A DNA stretch of 64,000 nt. It comes from Monocercomonoides exilis PA203. Lineage: Eukaryota; Protista; Preaxostyla. The notes below the pieces were generated by a model that did not search any database, was not told the origin of the DNA, and worked only from the letters and a program-made list of their open reading frames with translations. The position numbers were made by a program, and so were the translations under genes. Below are positions 51,409-64,000 of this stretch, in pieces; positions within the stretch are counted from its first letter, which is position 1, and the number at the start of each line of letters is the position of its first letter. The stretch covers positions 186,001 to 250,000 of the forward strand of contig LSRY02000026.1 in NCBI GenBank assembly GCA_001643675.2, written 5' to 3'.

Positions 51409-54181
51409 TCAAGATTGTATGCTGGTGAATGGAATGTCATCTCCCATTCTTTCCAGCTTATCGTAACGATCAGAGCCAAAAAATACCTTTAATATTTCTT
51501 GCGTCTTTTTTCGGTTTCTTTCCTCTATGTATTTTCTTTCTTCATCGTCAAGTTCATTGAAAGAAGCTTCCTGTTCGCTATCCATTTTCGCACTTTCCGC
51601 TTGTTTCAGTTCAAAATCTGAATTCTGAATGGGCAGCGAAGAAGAAGAAAACGGAGTGAAAGGCGAAACAATCTGGCTCTTTTCAGTTTCAGAGTGCTCA
51701 TTTCCTGCCTCTCCTTTCCTGGACAATGAATTCCTGTTAAAAGACGGATTGGATGCCGCCGAAGGGTGCAGGAAATCAAATGGTGCACCAACAATCGGTG
51801 CGCTGCTGCCAACATTCAGCCGCCGAAGCAGCTGATTCAACGACGAGTCAAGTGACTCCATCTCTCCTGAATTCTTGTGGCTAAATTTTCCTCTTCTGCT
51901 GTAAGCTCCTCTTTCTTCGTCTATGCCTTCGTCTTCTTCTTCGTCTTCTTCAATTTCAGAGATCTGCTCATCGTTGTACAGTCGTCTGGAATTTGAAGAT
52001 GTACCTTTTGTATTGAAAGCTTCATCATCATCATTGTCATCATCATCATCATCGAGAGATAGTCCTCCATTCATCATCAAATCGTTTTCCTCATCTTCAC
52101 GAATGCTTTCAAACGAATGCCATATCGCCCGATTCTGCTGCATGTCTCTGGTTGAGCATTGCTTTCCTAAGCTTCCCTGTGTAGGATAATGAATCGCATC
52201 TCTCTGAACTGGCTGCCCCCTCAAACGAGGTGCCTCTTCAGTTGCTCTGGAGAGTGCCGGCATTTGTGTGTTAAGCTCCTTTTGCATCCTGAAATCTTTC
52301 AGCTTCATAAAAGAATCTTCATCGTTTTCCTCGTTTTCGTTGATGGGATTGTCTTCTTCCATATCGCCTTCTTCTTTTGTTTTTTTTTTCCTTTCATCTC
52401 CAAAACGATCTGTTTTTCTTCCTTTCAGTTCTTTTGCAAGTTGGCTCCTATCTTTGGAATAGGCAGGAAATTGTGAATTGAAAGAAGTGAAGTGGGATAC
52501 TCCGCCTGTTCCATCAGATTGGTAGTTGACTTCCTCATCTTCTGAATCATCAAAATATGCACATTCAATCAGTCGCTCCTGATTGAATTTCGATGCATCG
52601 CCAGTATCTTCATATGCATAGTCAGATTCGTAATCTCCTTTACACTCCAGTTCATCATCATCTTCCCCTTCATCACCATCCTCATCATCGCTTTCATCCT
52701 TGACGTCATCTTCATCCGGATAATCATTCGCAAAATACCCTTCTGAATTGCTATCTTCGTCGTCCCCATCTCCACACAGCATTCTTTCGTCTTCTTCTTC
52801 CATCTGCCTTGCATAGTCTTCTTCCACATCGTATTCATCGTCCACAAGCATATCAGGCACTTCCCTCTCTCTCTCTCCAATCCTTTGGAATTTCTTCCCT
52901 CTTCTTCCTCCCACCCACCGCCTTCCAACATGCTCATTCTCCACAACCAGCATTCGCTTCGCATTCGCCACAGCAGGATCATCAGCCCCGCTGTCGTAAT
53001 CGTCTCCGTTGTGCACAAACTGTTCCTCCCATTCCGTCAGTATGCGATGCATGTCCTCAGTAGAACGGGCTGATGAATTGAGTGAAGGTGTAAATGGGAA
53101 CGATGAAGGAGAGGGAAGCGAAGAGATTCCTCCAGTCGCTCCAGATTTAACCTCGTGATTGAAAATGAGATATGGATCGTGCAGATAATAGGATTCTACA
53201 GACATAGATGGAGCGGTTGCAACCAGAACAGATTGTGACGGAAAATTCAGTGTAGTTTTTTCAGATGAATGAGAAGAAGACGACTGTAATGGAGAAGAGA
53301 TAAATTCAACACTTTGATCAACATCTTTACCATGCTGATGCAATGTAGAAAGATGTGACAAAAAATCAAATGCTGTTGGGCCTTGATTGAGTAAGGAATC
53401 ATCCATCTTTTCATTTGCAATTGATTTCACAGAAATTAATTCGTAGTATTCAAATTGTTCATGATTTTGTAAGGGCCTTTTTCTTTTGATGACTTCATCT
53501 GCACTTTCTTCATTTCTTTTTAAATCGTCGGTTTCACTGACCCATCTTTTTAGATTTCTTTGCTTCGGATCTTCAATTAACGCAGGAATCGTGACATCAG
53601 TAAATTTGTATTGTTTTCTTCCTTTTTTCCTATTTGGCATTTCAGATCTCGATTTAAGCAATTTAGCAAGATCACCTTCAGCTGGTTTTCGGTTACTAAT
53701 TGAAAAATTAAAATCTTTCCTCAAAGCTTTAAGTTTTTCTTTTCTTCGTTTTTGTGCTTTTTCTAATGACTCGTTCTGTCTTTTCGCCTTTTGCTCTTCT
53801 TTAAAAATTTGCGGGGCTTTTAAGAAATTAACTTGAACATGAGTTTTCCCGGTCTTCGCATCAGGCTCAAATGATATTTGAAAATCAACAAATTTTCGAT
53901 TCTTTGGAGAAGAATGAAGTTTGCTCAATTTCTTTTCATTTTCAATGTTTCCTCCATAAACGCGACGTAAAATTGCATGAGGCTTTTCCTCTTTTGAAAG
54001 TCAAAATTTCATAAAATATTAGATCACTATGAAAAGGCAAACCATGCTCAAGATCAATAACACTAGAAAGTGGAGAAGCTGGAGTCAACTCGTTTTCATT
54101 ATATGTTAAAACAAGATATTCTGCTGGTGTGCTTTTCGGTGTTTGTTTACAACGAAAAAATAATTGTGAAGAATCAGACAT
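51409..54181 (-). CDS. Iwr1/SLC7A6OS-like RNA polymerase II nuclear import factor (2 exons; intron 53991-54042)
   Basis: Motif DEDSNSEGYFANDYPDEDD is typical of the Iwr1 domain. The N-terminus FFRCKQTPKSTPAEYLVL resembles the family's RVKRK..P.EALV motif. A 52-nt GT-AG intron joins the two ORFs in frame (EH/EEKPHAILRRVYGGNIENEKKLSKLH). Confidence 0.75.
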
Positions 54182-54315
54182 TTATTATGGAAATTTTCAA
54201 CAAATTCCATTCAACTAAAAAAGAAAAAATTGTTTAAACGAATTACAATAATAAGAAAATGTATGCTAAATAAAAAGAGAAAAAAAAAAAGTTGCTGTCA
54301 AAAAACACTAAATGT

Positions 54316-55045
54316 TTATTTCAACTGTTCTAATATTTGAAGTTCTTTATCCATTTTTTCCTGTCTCTTCTCTTCTCTAAGCATCCTCAGATATTCCTCG
54401 TGAAATGGCTGGAATTCCCTCGTTTTAAGCTCGTACCATTTTACATATTCCTCGGGCCCGTCATCAGGTGGCTCGATCTGTGGTTGTTTTGTTGGCTGAT
54501 TCATTCTCCATTCCAAATATTCATTCTTTTTGATGAAAGAAATAATATTTTAAAAAGAAAAGAAAAGTAGAGATATTGATAGATAGATAGATAAAGAGAA
54601 AGAAAGAGAGATAAAAATAAATGAAATGAAATGAAAAAAATAAAAAAATAAAAATAAATAAATAAATAAATAAATAAAAATCTAAATAATTTTTTTTCTA
54701 ATAATTTTTCAAACCATTTTCCTTTTTTCTTCGATCAATCTTTGCAAGGCAAAGAACTGAATCTCCTTCTTTTTCAGCTTTTTTCCGGCACTTTTGCCGA
54801 CTTCTTCGATTTCCCTCTCTATTTCTTCGATTTCTGCTTCGATTTGAGACGAAGGAAGAAAACCAGCTGTGATCGCAAAGGGAGAAGAAGAGGAGGAGGA
54901 AGAAGAAGAAGAAGAAGAAGAAGAATAAGAAGAGGAAGAAGGAAAAGGTGAAGTTTTGTTCTTTTTCCCAGTTTTGCTGGGGGAAAAAACCGAATTGTAT
55001 GGAATGGTTGACTGGAGAGGGATGTAAAAGGGCTCTTGACGAAGA
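54316..55045 (-). CDS. Small hypothetical charged protein (intron 54526-54714; 5' start uncertain)
   Basis: A GT-AG intron joins ...IEEKRKM to NEYLEWRMNQP... in frame. Confidence 0.55.
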
Positions 55046-55560
55046 TTGCTTAAATGGGTGTTTTTTTTTGATATCATAAAAAAAGATCAAAAATCGAAAA
55101 AATATATTCTATTGTGGTATTAATTGATCAAATAGTTAAATTGATATTTCATAAGTATTTAGCTTTTATTTCTGTCATATATATTTGTTTTATTTATGTA
55201 TACAAAAAATACATACCTTTTTAATGTTTTTGATGAAAAAGGATTTTTATGATCAAGTTTCAAAAAAAATGTGAAAAATAAAAAATAAAACTGTAAAAGG
55301 AAAAATTGCAAATTCATAATTGGCAAAATACAACATTGCAAAGAGAAAGTTTATAAGAAGAACAGAAAAAAATGATAGGAAAACAAAATTATTGTAACTA
55401 ATTGAACAATAATTGTCATTTTTCTATTTTTTCCCTTTCCTTTATTAGGCCAACAAATTTCCATTCATTTTATTCGTTTCATCGAATTCATCAAGCGTTA
55501 AACGAAATAGTGGAACATTGGATAAAGTCAAGTTCAATATCTGGATCATCTTCATCGCTT

Positions 55561-55735
55561 TGAATAAAATCGTTTCAACAGAGGAACTGATGCTTATGCC
55601 TGTTGCAGACCCCAACAGACCCCATGTGCCAACATCGAGTATGCCCTCACCGGCTTCATTTCCCTCCTCCAAGACGCCTCTCTTACCCTCCTCACCTCAA
55701 CATTTGTTCCTCTTCAAATACTCATTTTCAGCTTG
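55561..55735 (+). repeat. Diverged dispersed copy of about 11671-11845 (adhesin-like gene segment)
   Basis: gaataaaatcgtt...gcagaccccaacagaccccatgtgcc..catcgagtatgc...catttgttcc is shared with 11671-11845. Confidence 0.85.
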
Positions 55736-56767
55736 GTTCATACAAAAATCATTGATAACAATGAACTTTATCAGATTCTCATATAAATTCTTCCATTTAT
55801 TAATTTTGAGCATTTTTTCATATCAGAGAAATATCCTACACCTATCATCTTCTTTTCACCAGAAGTTTATTTTTTTCAATCTATCTTTAATCTCCGCTCA
55901 TATAAAACCATTTCTTCGTCATTTCTTCCTCTATTTTCTCCTTTTCATCAAATATGAATTGAGCTCAAGAAAAAAGATTCATTGCTGTCGTATCTTCAAA
56001 AGAAATATATTCATGTATATCAGGCAATTTTCTTCAGTTTATATTTTCTTCACCTTTCCGATTTCATCTTGCTTGCATCCAATTAGTACCAGAATCTCAT
56101 ATGACTTCCCGTCAAACATGATTTTTCCCAAAAACTGCTCTATCTCATTATTTCATTTTCCGCGACTTTCTGGAGGCATGTGGCCTTGAAAAATCTCTCC
56201 AAAATCATCCCTGCAACTGTTTGTTCAAAGAAATCTTTTCCCACCTTGTTCATTCTGCTTCATGTAATTCTTTCATCTCCCAAATGCAAATAGTTAAATC
56301 AATCTCTGCTTTCAATCGCCCGCAAGATGGTCTGCTTTTCTCGGATAAACATAGAATTTCTTCGATCTCCATAAACTAAAGCTGATATTCTGTGATTGAA
56401 TGAAGATTCACTTTGCGATGATGAACAGAAATGAAAGACAAGGCCTGGAGCTGAATTCGATAATAGTTGAATGAAAAAGAAGTAGACGAAGAAAGAGCAG
56501 TCAGTGAAAGCGGAGAAAGTGAGCCAGAAGCAGCAGGATTGGAAGTGGATGGATGAACAGCTTGAGATAAAAGGAAGGGAGATGAAGAGATTCTGAGCAA
56601 AGTAGAAGATTGCTATTGGACGTTCATAAACAAGGACGAAATGACAAGTGATGAAGTACAATGAGAAAGAGGATGAAGAGCATTTTTTGTATTTGCAGCA
56701 AAATCAGCAGCTGAATCAAAAGGCGCAACCAAATTGAGGGCAGGGTATTTCTGCATCAGATCCATCG

Positions 56768-59700
56768 TCATTGAATTCTGCTACGTGACAAAGACGCCAA
56801 CTTTGATAACGACAGCGTATCTCTTCTTCCAGGCACGTTGTTCTGACTGAATGTTCTTGTTCCTTTCTCCTGAAACAGCATAGGCGATCCTTTCCCTGCT
56901 CCTTTCCTTCCCTTCCTGTGTATCACTTCTGCTTCCTCTTTGTGCGGCCACCAGCCACGCCACTTCATCACTCTTCCTCTTCTAAGCTCAGCCCTGATCT
57001 GCCTCAGCCCGCTCATTAGCGCACTCATCAGATCCAGCAGCGTTCTTATCTGCATCGCGTCAACTGATGCATACGCAGGCACCTTCTGCATCTTCCACAC
57101 AAATTGCCCATTTTCCTCACTTTTGATGAGAACATATCGGCAAGGAACATCCAATTCATCGCTCAAATCTTCCAGGTCAGAATTAGCAAGGTCATTCAGC
57201 ATGCAGTCCAATTTCCGCTCCCTTGTCAAAATTGGCGTTTGGCTTTCTTTCGCCTCTTGCTGCGCCTCGCTGGCCATTTTGTTCTCCTTCTGGTTAATTA
57301 GTGTGCCTATCTCAATGTAAGGTTGCAGTATTCCTTTGATTTTGCTTTACAGATTTTTGTCTTTTTCTTCTTTCTCCATTTTCCTGCGCTCCCGCTTTTC
57401 TTTCTCATTCATCTTCTGTATTTCCAGCTTTTTCATCAGCCGAAGCAGGTTTTCTCTCTGATCATCAGATTCCAATTAACAATCAATGATCTTCGCCTCT
57501 TCATCGTCAACTTATCCTTTCTCGTTCTGAAACTCATCTTGCATCGCCTTTGTCGCATCTTTGTCCAAATCCTTCATCCCTATCACACTCAACGTCACCA
57601 TTTCTCCTCCTCCTTCTTCTCCAATTCCTCCTCCTCCAACAGCAGGTGACAGCGGAGTCGTAGGTGCACCAACAGCTCCTCTCTCCATCTCCATCTCTTG
57701 GCTGTACACAATCAACGCCCTTCCTCCAACTCCTCTCCATCCACCGCCCATTCGCTTCCCTCGCGTAAAGTGTATAGCTCCAAAGGCGTCTCTTACTGAA
57801 GAATATTGCTTAGGCTGTGGAGAAGGTGATGGTGTTGGAAAAGGAGTTGGTTTTGCTGCTTTTACGATGATAGAGGCTCGGGTTTTGGCTCATTATTGTT
57901 CGCTTCAAATTTTTGTCATTTTTAATAAATTCTTTGGCGTTTGCACTCTTTTCTTCTTCCGTTTGATAATATTTGCTTTTGAAACAACTGCTTTGGGGTT
58001 GTTCATTAAATCCTCCAAAATCACTTCTTTTCCTCATCTTTTCCATCATCTTCATCTCCTTCAACTTCTTCCTTGTTTCCATTTTCATTCAAAGAATTAT
58101 TCCATTCTTTCTCTTCTTTCTCCCTTTTTCGCCATACCCCTCATTTTTGAAGCATTTTCATTTATTCCTGGTCTTTTTATTGATCGTCAATCGATGCAGG
58201 AGAAAGCAACAGGTTTGGTCTGACCATCAAAAGCACTTTGTTCATAACAGAATCACGTTGAAGCTCAAGCGCTTGGAAATACCGCTGAATCAAACACTGT
58301 TTTTCTCTCTGTTTGTGTCCATCTTTTTTCGCTCTTCTTTATCGCTGACTGTGGAGCTGTCACAAAGGCATTCACTTTCTTCATTTTACTTCGGTTCCTT
58401 CATAGAATTTCTTCTCATCAATGATAAACTCTCGTTTTCTTCTGCTTTTGTTTATCTTCTTTTTCATCATCATTGTTATCTCCTTCATCAACAAGCTTTA
58501 ATGCCTTTATCAACTTAATTTGTTCTCTTGTTCTTTTTTCCTCTCTTTTCTTGTTCCTTGCTTCTTTCTTTCTTTCTCTTTCCCTCTTCTCCAGATTCTC
58601 CGCATACCGCTCCACCATCTGAAACTCTGCAAACAGCAGCAGCGCCTCAAACACATCTGGTGGGAGAACAAAATATTATCTTTTCCTTCTTCCGAACTGT
58701 TGCTGCATCCTCCTCATCTGCTGCTCTTTGCCTGTCAGAAATCTGTTTCTAGAAGAGCGATGCAACGAGGAAGAAGAGGAGGAGGAGGAAGAAGAGGAAG
58801 AAGAAGAAGAACGTGAGGCACCAGAAGAAGCAGCCAATTGTTCACAGCTGTTGAGATAGCATCGACGGAGGAGAGGGTGCATTGCTCTTATGCGGCGAGC
58901 CATAGCAATTTCAGAACGATGAGGTGGTTTTGGATGGAGAGAGAGGTCAGTTGCTGCTGGAGAAGATGAAGAAGATGAAGATGAAGGAGAGGGTGAAGGA
59001 GATGATTGAGGAAGAGAAAGAAAAGATTCATTGGGCAATGAAGAAGGAGATGTGCCTGTTCCTGTGCCAATACCAGCAATTGAATGTGTCAAAAAGGTTT
59101 GTGTTGAATTTTGATTGCTTTTTCTCTGTCTTTGTCTTCGAGGCACATAAGATGGATTTTGAAGAGTTGCTTCTTGTGGCGGAAGGATCACAGGAAGAGG
59201 CAGACGCGGTGCATGCTTTCTTTTGAAGTCTTCTATGATTTCTTCGACTTCTGCTTTTTCGGCTCTTTCTTGTGAAGAATTCACTTCTGACTGCTCGGAT
59301 GAAGAGGAAGATGAAGAAGAATCGTTTTCTATTTTTTCTTTCTTATAGGATTTGACTGCTGCTGTTTTTGATGAAGATGTTGAAGAAGAAGAAGAAGAAG
59401 AACATGATGAAGAACATGAAGTACAAGAGTATTCACCACAAGTTGAACATACAGATTCTGTTTCAGTTGTGCCTTCTTTGCTATCATCTCCGTTTTCATT
59501 CGTTTCTTCTTTTTCATTTCTCATTTTCTTTTTTTCAGAAGCATACTGATGATGATGATGATGATTTCTGCATTGATGTCGATGATTTTGCTTATTTCCA
59601 TGAATATGTCTATGTTTATGTCTGTTCTGTTTCATCTGTCTGTATCTGCCACACAAACATTCGCCCACCGGAAACACGTCTTCTTCTGTCAAATCGTCTG

Positions 59701-62430
59701 TCATCGGAACAATCTGCAGCCAAATGCCAAATGCCCGTGTGTTTGCTGATTGGAGCTGAGAAGTGGTGGATGCTATGGATTGATGTAATAGTAGCTTCAG
59801 AACAGAATTTGGAGAAGAAGAAGAAGAAGAGGAAGAGGAGCTTGAAAGGGATTCTGAATTGGAAGAGAAAGAAGAAGAAGGAATAATTGAAGAGTTTGAT
59901 TCATTTTGAAGGTATTTTTCGACTTCTGTTTTTGTTTTCAGCAGTTCAAGCGCTCGTGTCAGTTGTCGACACACGGGAAATAAAGAGCTTTTATATGAAC
60001 AAGGTGAGTACATCACAAATGCTTGCAGTTTATTCAGCACTTTCATTGAACAAGTTTTGATCAAGTTCGAAATATTTCCTTCGGATTTACAAGCAGAAAG
60101 ATTTACAAATATGTTTGTATCCCTCACAAATCTCGGCAGATTCGCCAATGACTCAACAAACGCTGCTTTTGTATTCAACGAATAGCAATCTTGAGCCAAC
60201 CTCGCCAGCTTCTGAATGGATGCTCCTCTTTCACACAGCCAGAGTGGATCTCCAAAGCCCTCTCTAATAGCTCCAGCCACAAAGTCCTTTCTGATCGCAT
60301 CTGACTGAAAAACGGACAATTCTCTGCTCGAAATGAGGCTGTTTGCAGGCGAACCGAATCTTCTTCGCAGAATGCCATCTCCGTTGTTCAGCACTTGCTC
60401 AAAGAGGAAATCGTTAATGAGAAAAGTTGCACAGTCAGGAAAACCAAATGTGTTGATTGTGTTAAAGGATGAGTAGTTTTCGAGTGTCAATGGATTGACT
60501 CCACATTCATCGACTGCCTCGTCTGTATCAAGAAGCTCCACACAATCGCCTAATAGTTTTAAATTAGGAAATTTCTCTCTTTTCTCTTTCTCTTTCTCTC
60601 TCTCTTTCAGTTTCTCCTTCCACTTCTCCTTCTCTCTCTCCCTCATTGCTGTTATTCGTGTTATTCCTCTCACAGCATTTTCTCTTTTTTCTTTTCAATC
60701 TTTCAAATTATTCCCATTCTCACACATTCCAGTAAAAATATCCAGCATCCTCTGCTCTTTGTTCGATATCTGCTTGTTTTTCTGCCCCCATCTCAGTCTG
60801 TTCTGTCTCAATTGAAGTTTTCTTATGTAAATGTTTGAAAATTCGTTGTCTTCATCAAAAAGAGGCAGCGGAGGAGGAGGAAAATCAGGTGAAGTTGAAT
60901 GAGAAAGAAGCTGTTGAGTGAGAAAAGAATGAGGAAGGGAAGGGATGTGTGAGAGAGAAGAGAGAGAAGGGAAAGAAGGAGAAAGATAAGAAAGGGAAGA
61001 CGATAAAGAAGAAGTGGAGATGGAAGGAGTTGATAGAGAAAGAATAACAGAAGAGAAAGAAGAAGGTTTGAGGGATGTTTTGAAGTTATGTTGTGGTTGT
61101 TGATTAAGATGCTGATGTTGATGAAGAGAATGAGAAATGAATAAGAACATGAATAAGAAAAATTAAAAGAAGAAGGAGTGCACGATGTGTTAAATGAGTA
61201 AATGCCCGTTGGACACAGATGATGAATAGAGGTAGAAGAAGGAGAAAAGAGTTGAGTGGCGAAATGGAAATCGAAAGAAGATGAAAGAGGAGAAAGAGAA
61301 GAGTATTGAAGAGCTAATGAAGAAGGAATAATGGAAGATCTGTTGGCCGAGAGAAGGCGGTGAATGAAAGGTGTATTGAATGAAAGAGAAGGATTAGGAG
61401 GATGAAAAGGATGAGGAAGAGAAAGAGAAAAAAACAAGAAGAAATCGTATGATATGATGTTGAAATATTTGATTAAGAAGATGATAATGATGATGAATGA
61501 ATGGCATGAAATGATCAATTACTGGAAATAAAGAAGATGAGTGTCAATTTACATCAGCTGAGATATTCATTGAAATTCTCTTCTTCCCTTTCTTTTATGT
61601 TCTTCTGCAGAGGAGTAACATCTGAATCCCTTTTCACTTTCAGCTTAACCACTTTTTCTCTTTCCAACAAAAAAAATGAAATATAAAGCGATCACTTTTT
61701 CATTCCATCTCTTCTTCTTTCACTTCCCCTTCTTTCACAAAAAATCATCTTTCCTCAAAAACTATTCTTCGCCAAAGCCCAGTGTCAGGAATCTTCGAAA
61801 TATCTCGCATTTCATCTATCTGTATTTTTCTTCCTTGCTTTTCTTCTTCTTCTTCAAAGCCATATAATCCTTCGCTTTTTCAACATCCTGAATGAAAAAA
61901 TAATAATCACTTCAAAAAATATTCAACAAACCTTCTAAACATTTTTATATGGAATTTTCTGTTTTATATTCCATTGCACACTGTTTCCCTCCAATAAAAA
62001 TTCTTTATTCCTTCGATTTTCAAATATTTCTTTTCTGATTTTCTAATCGTCCTTTCCGGAAGTCATTTCTCCATCAAATGCAGCGATATCTTGCTCTTCT
62101 GAAAAATGTGAGATTTATGTATTCTGCTCAAATTCCATCTTTCTCATTGAAAAATGTCCTTTTTTTCGCCAGAAAATATCTTCTCCAATTCCCTTCCCAA
62201 TCCTTTCATCCTGCGCACTTTTCGTATGAATTTGCTGGCTCAACTCCATAGTCACCCTGCACAACGAGATATCCCGCCTTCATTCATTTTCATTCATTTC
62301 TGCCTCCTGCCCTGAAAGAAAGAATAAAAACGGTCAATAAAAAATAATCATATATAGAAATAATAAATAAATACCAAACTTCCTTCTCTGCCTTTTATTA
62401 GCAATTATTCTTTGGCATATCAATCATATA
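56768..62430 (-). CDS. Large low-complexity hypothetical gene, multi-exon and/or frameshifted (may be a pseudogene or more than one gene)
   Basis: Collinear minus-strand ORFs 60695-61150, 58676-60673 (665 aa), 58418-58654, 57810-58088 and 56768-57277. An intron-like GT...CAG segment lies at about 62312-62373. No recognised domain. Confidence 0.45.
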
Positions 62431-63772
62431 AATATTTTCATTAAAAACAAAAGAAAGAACATCTATTGATTGTCTATGAAATAGATTTGTTTAAAAAACA
62501 TGTGTTTTCCTCATATGATAACAAATAACAAACCTCGATGCAACGTCAATGTGAGAAAAATTGTTGAAAGAACATTTTGAAATAAAGTTATGGAATTTTT
62601 TCTCATTGAAAAAAGTTCTAAACACACTTTTTTTTTAATCATTTTTAATGAATATTGTTGTTTTAATAATTATGAGGCGTATGAACACTAATAGAATATA
62701 AGCATTTTCTCATTCATGAAAGAACAAAAAAGCGAAAATTTTTCATAGATTTTTGATCTGAAAATTTGAGATACATTTTTCGAAAAAGAGGTCACACCTT
62801 GGAACCCGTTTTTTTGACATATTTCACACACCGTCATTCTAACAAATCGATTCATGCGAAAAAAATGCCACCCAATGTGTGACCCTCGTGGGATACCTTA
62901 AAAATATTTTTTCCTAATGATCATATCCATAATTATTTGGATATGCATAAAATTGTCTGACTTTTGTGTTGTGAGACGATTATTCTCCATTTGTTATTTG
63001 CACAACAATTTAACATTCTGACATTATTTTGTGTAATATTTTGTTGTTTAGTCGTTTTTGTTGGATGAAATTATTATATTTGTGATGTTGAAAGTTTTTG
63101 AAATGAATTTCTTTTTCTTTTTTAAGAATCTTCAAATTTAAAAAAAAAAAATTAAAATAAAGAATAAATGATCTTAAGTAGTTTCCCAAAAGTTTATAAA
63201 TTGAATCAAAAATGTTTCATCATTATTGTTCAAATAAAATTATTTCCACATTTAATTTTGAATGAATAAATCGAAAATATATTTAATATCTTCAAGGTTG
63301 TATTTGAGAAAAAAATATTTTAAAATGTAATTAGAAATATTTTAATTAGTCATCCATTCATATATTAACAATTTTGTCCATTTAGTAAAAATAAAAAAAT
63401 CAAAATGTTTTACTAAACTTTTATCTCTGATTAAATTTTTTCTTGAAAAAACATATTTTTTGCTGAAATCAAACAACTCAATATTTATTTTAAAAAAAAA
63501 GAAAAAGAAAATCAGTTTGACATTTAATTTTGTTGATTATCAAATTTTTTGTATTTATTTATTTATTTATTATATTTTTTTTTTTTTGATTTTATGATTT
63601 CATTAATGAGCTTTTTGGATTGCTATGTGTCTTTTGAGAAAATTAAATTGTGAGAAAGAAAAAAAGAATTTCAATAAATAAAAATAAAAATAAAAAAACA
63701 GTGAATGACTTCTGTATTTTTATGATTGTTTCATATTGAAAATTCCATAATAAATTAAATATTTCACAAAAA

Positions 63773-64000
63773 ATGTCTTTTTTGAAACCTCAATCAACAC
63801 TTAATTCCAGATCGAAAATTCTTTGGAAAGAAATTGAACGCATCGGTGGAGATGATGTGGATTCATTGCTTGTCTATCTATTTTACAACTACAGGCAATC
63901 ATCTTCAGTTATTAATGATTTACTAAAGTCATTGAATGGTTTGGTTTTTTATTTTATTGTATTGTGTAGAAAATATTATTTTAACTCTCTGTTGTCATTT
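63773..64000 (+). mobile_element. 5' end of a second copy of the Sola2-like transposase gene (runs off the window)
   Basis: MSFLKPQSTLNSRSKILWKEIERIGGDDVDSLLVYLFYNYRQSSSVINDLLKSLN is 46/55 identical to exon 1 at 19071, with the same intron position and a similar intron sequence. Confidence 0.9.

Overview
AT-rich eukaryotic genomic DNA with short GT-AG introns, Ser-rich low-complexity proteins and many decayed paralogues. The gene families (beta-helix adhesin-like proteins and the 'EVEMALLALS' family) resemble an oxymonad such as Monocercomonoides; this is an inference from recalled family style. The genetic code is standard. The window is mostly transposons and pseudogenes. (1) A 7.8-kb Merlin/IS1595-type element (551-8386) has 165-bp TIRs and an 8-bp TSD, carries about 5 kb of a captured adhesin-like gene, and interrupts another gene of that family. 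(2) An intron-containing Sola2-like DDD transposase gene (19071-22826) has a ubiquitin-specific protease (USP/C19) domain inserted in frame. It is followed immediately by a compact, GC-richer, probably pseudoknotted structured RNA-like element (about 22835-22976) and short TGTCCCT repeats. A second copy of this gene starts at 63773. (3) A decayed pogo/Tigger (DDE_1) element. Apparently intact host genes are a roughly 1250-aa type-I membrane protein with three beta-helix-like repeats, an Iwr1/SLC7A6OS-like gene and a small hypothetical gene. There is also a CFAP65-like pseudogene. The best candidate for a new system is the USP-transposase plus 3' structured RNA module. All calls were made by eye; no searches or folding programs were run.
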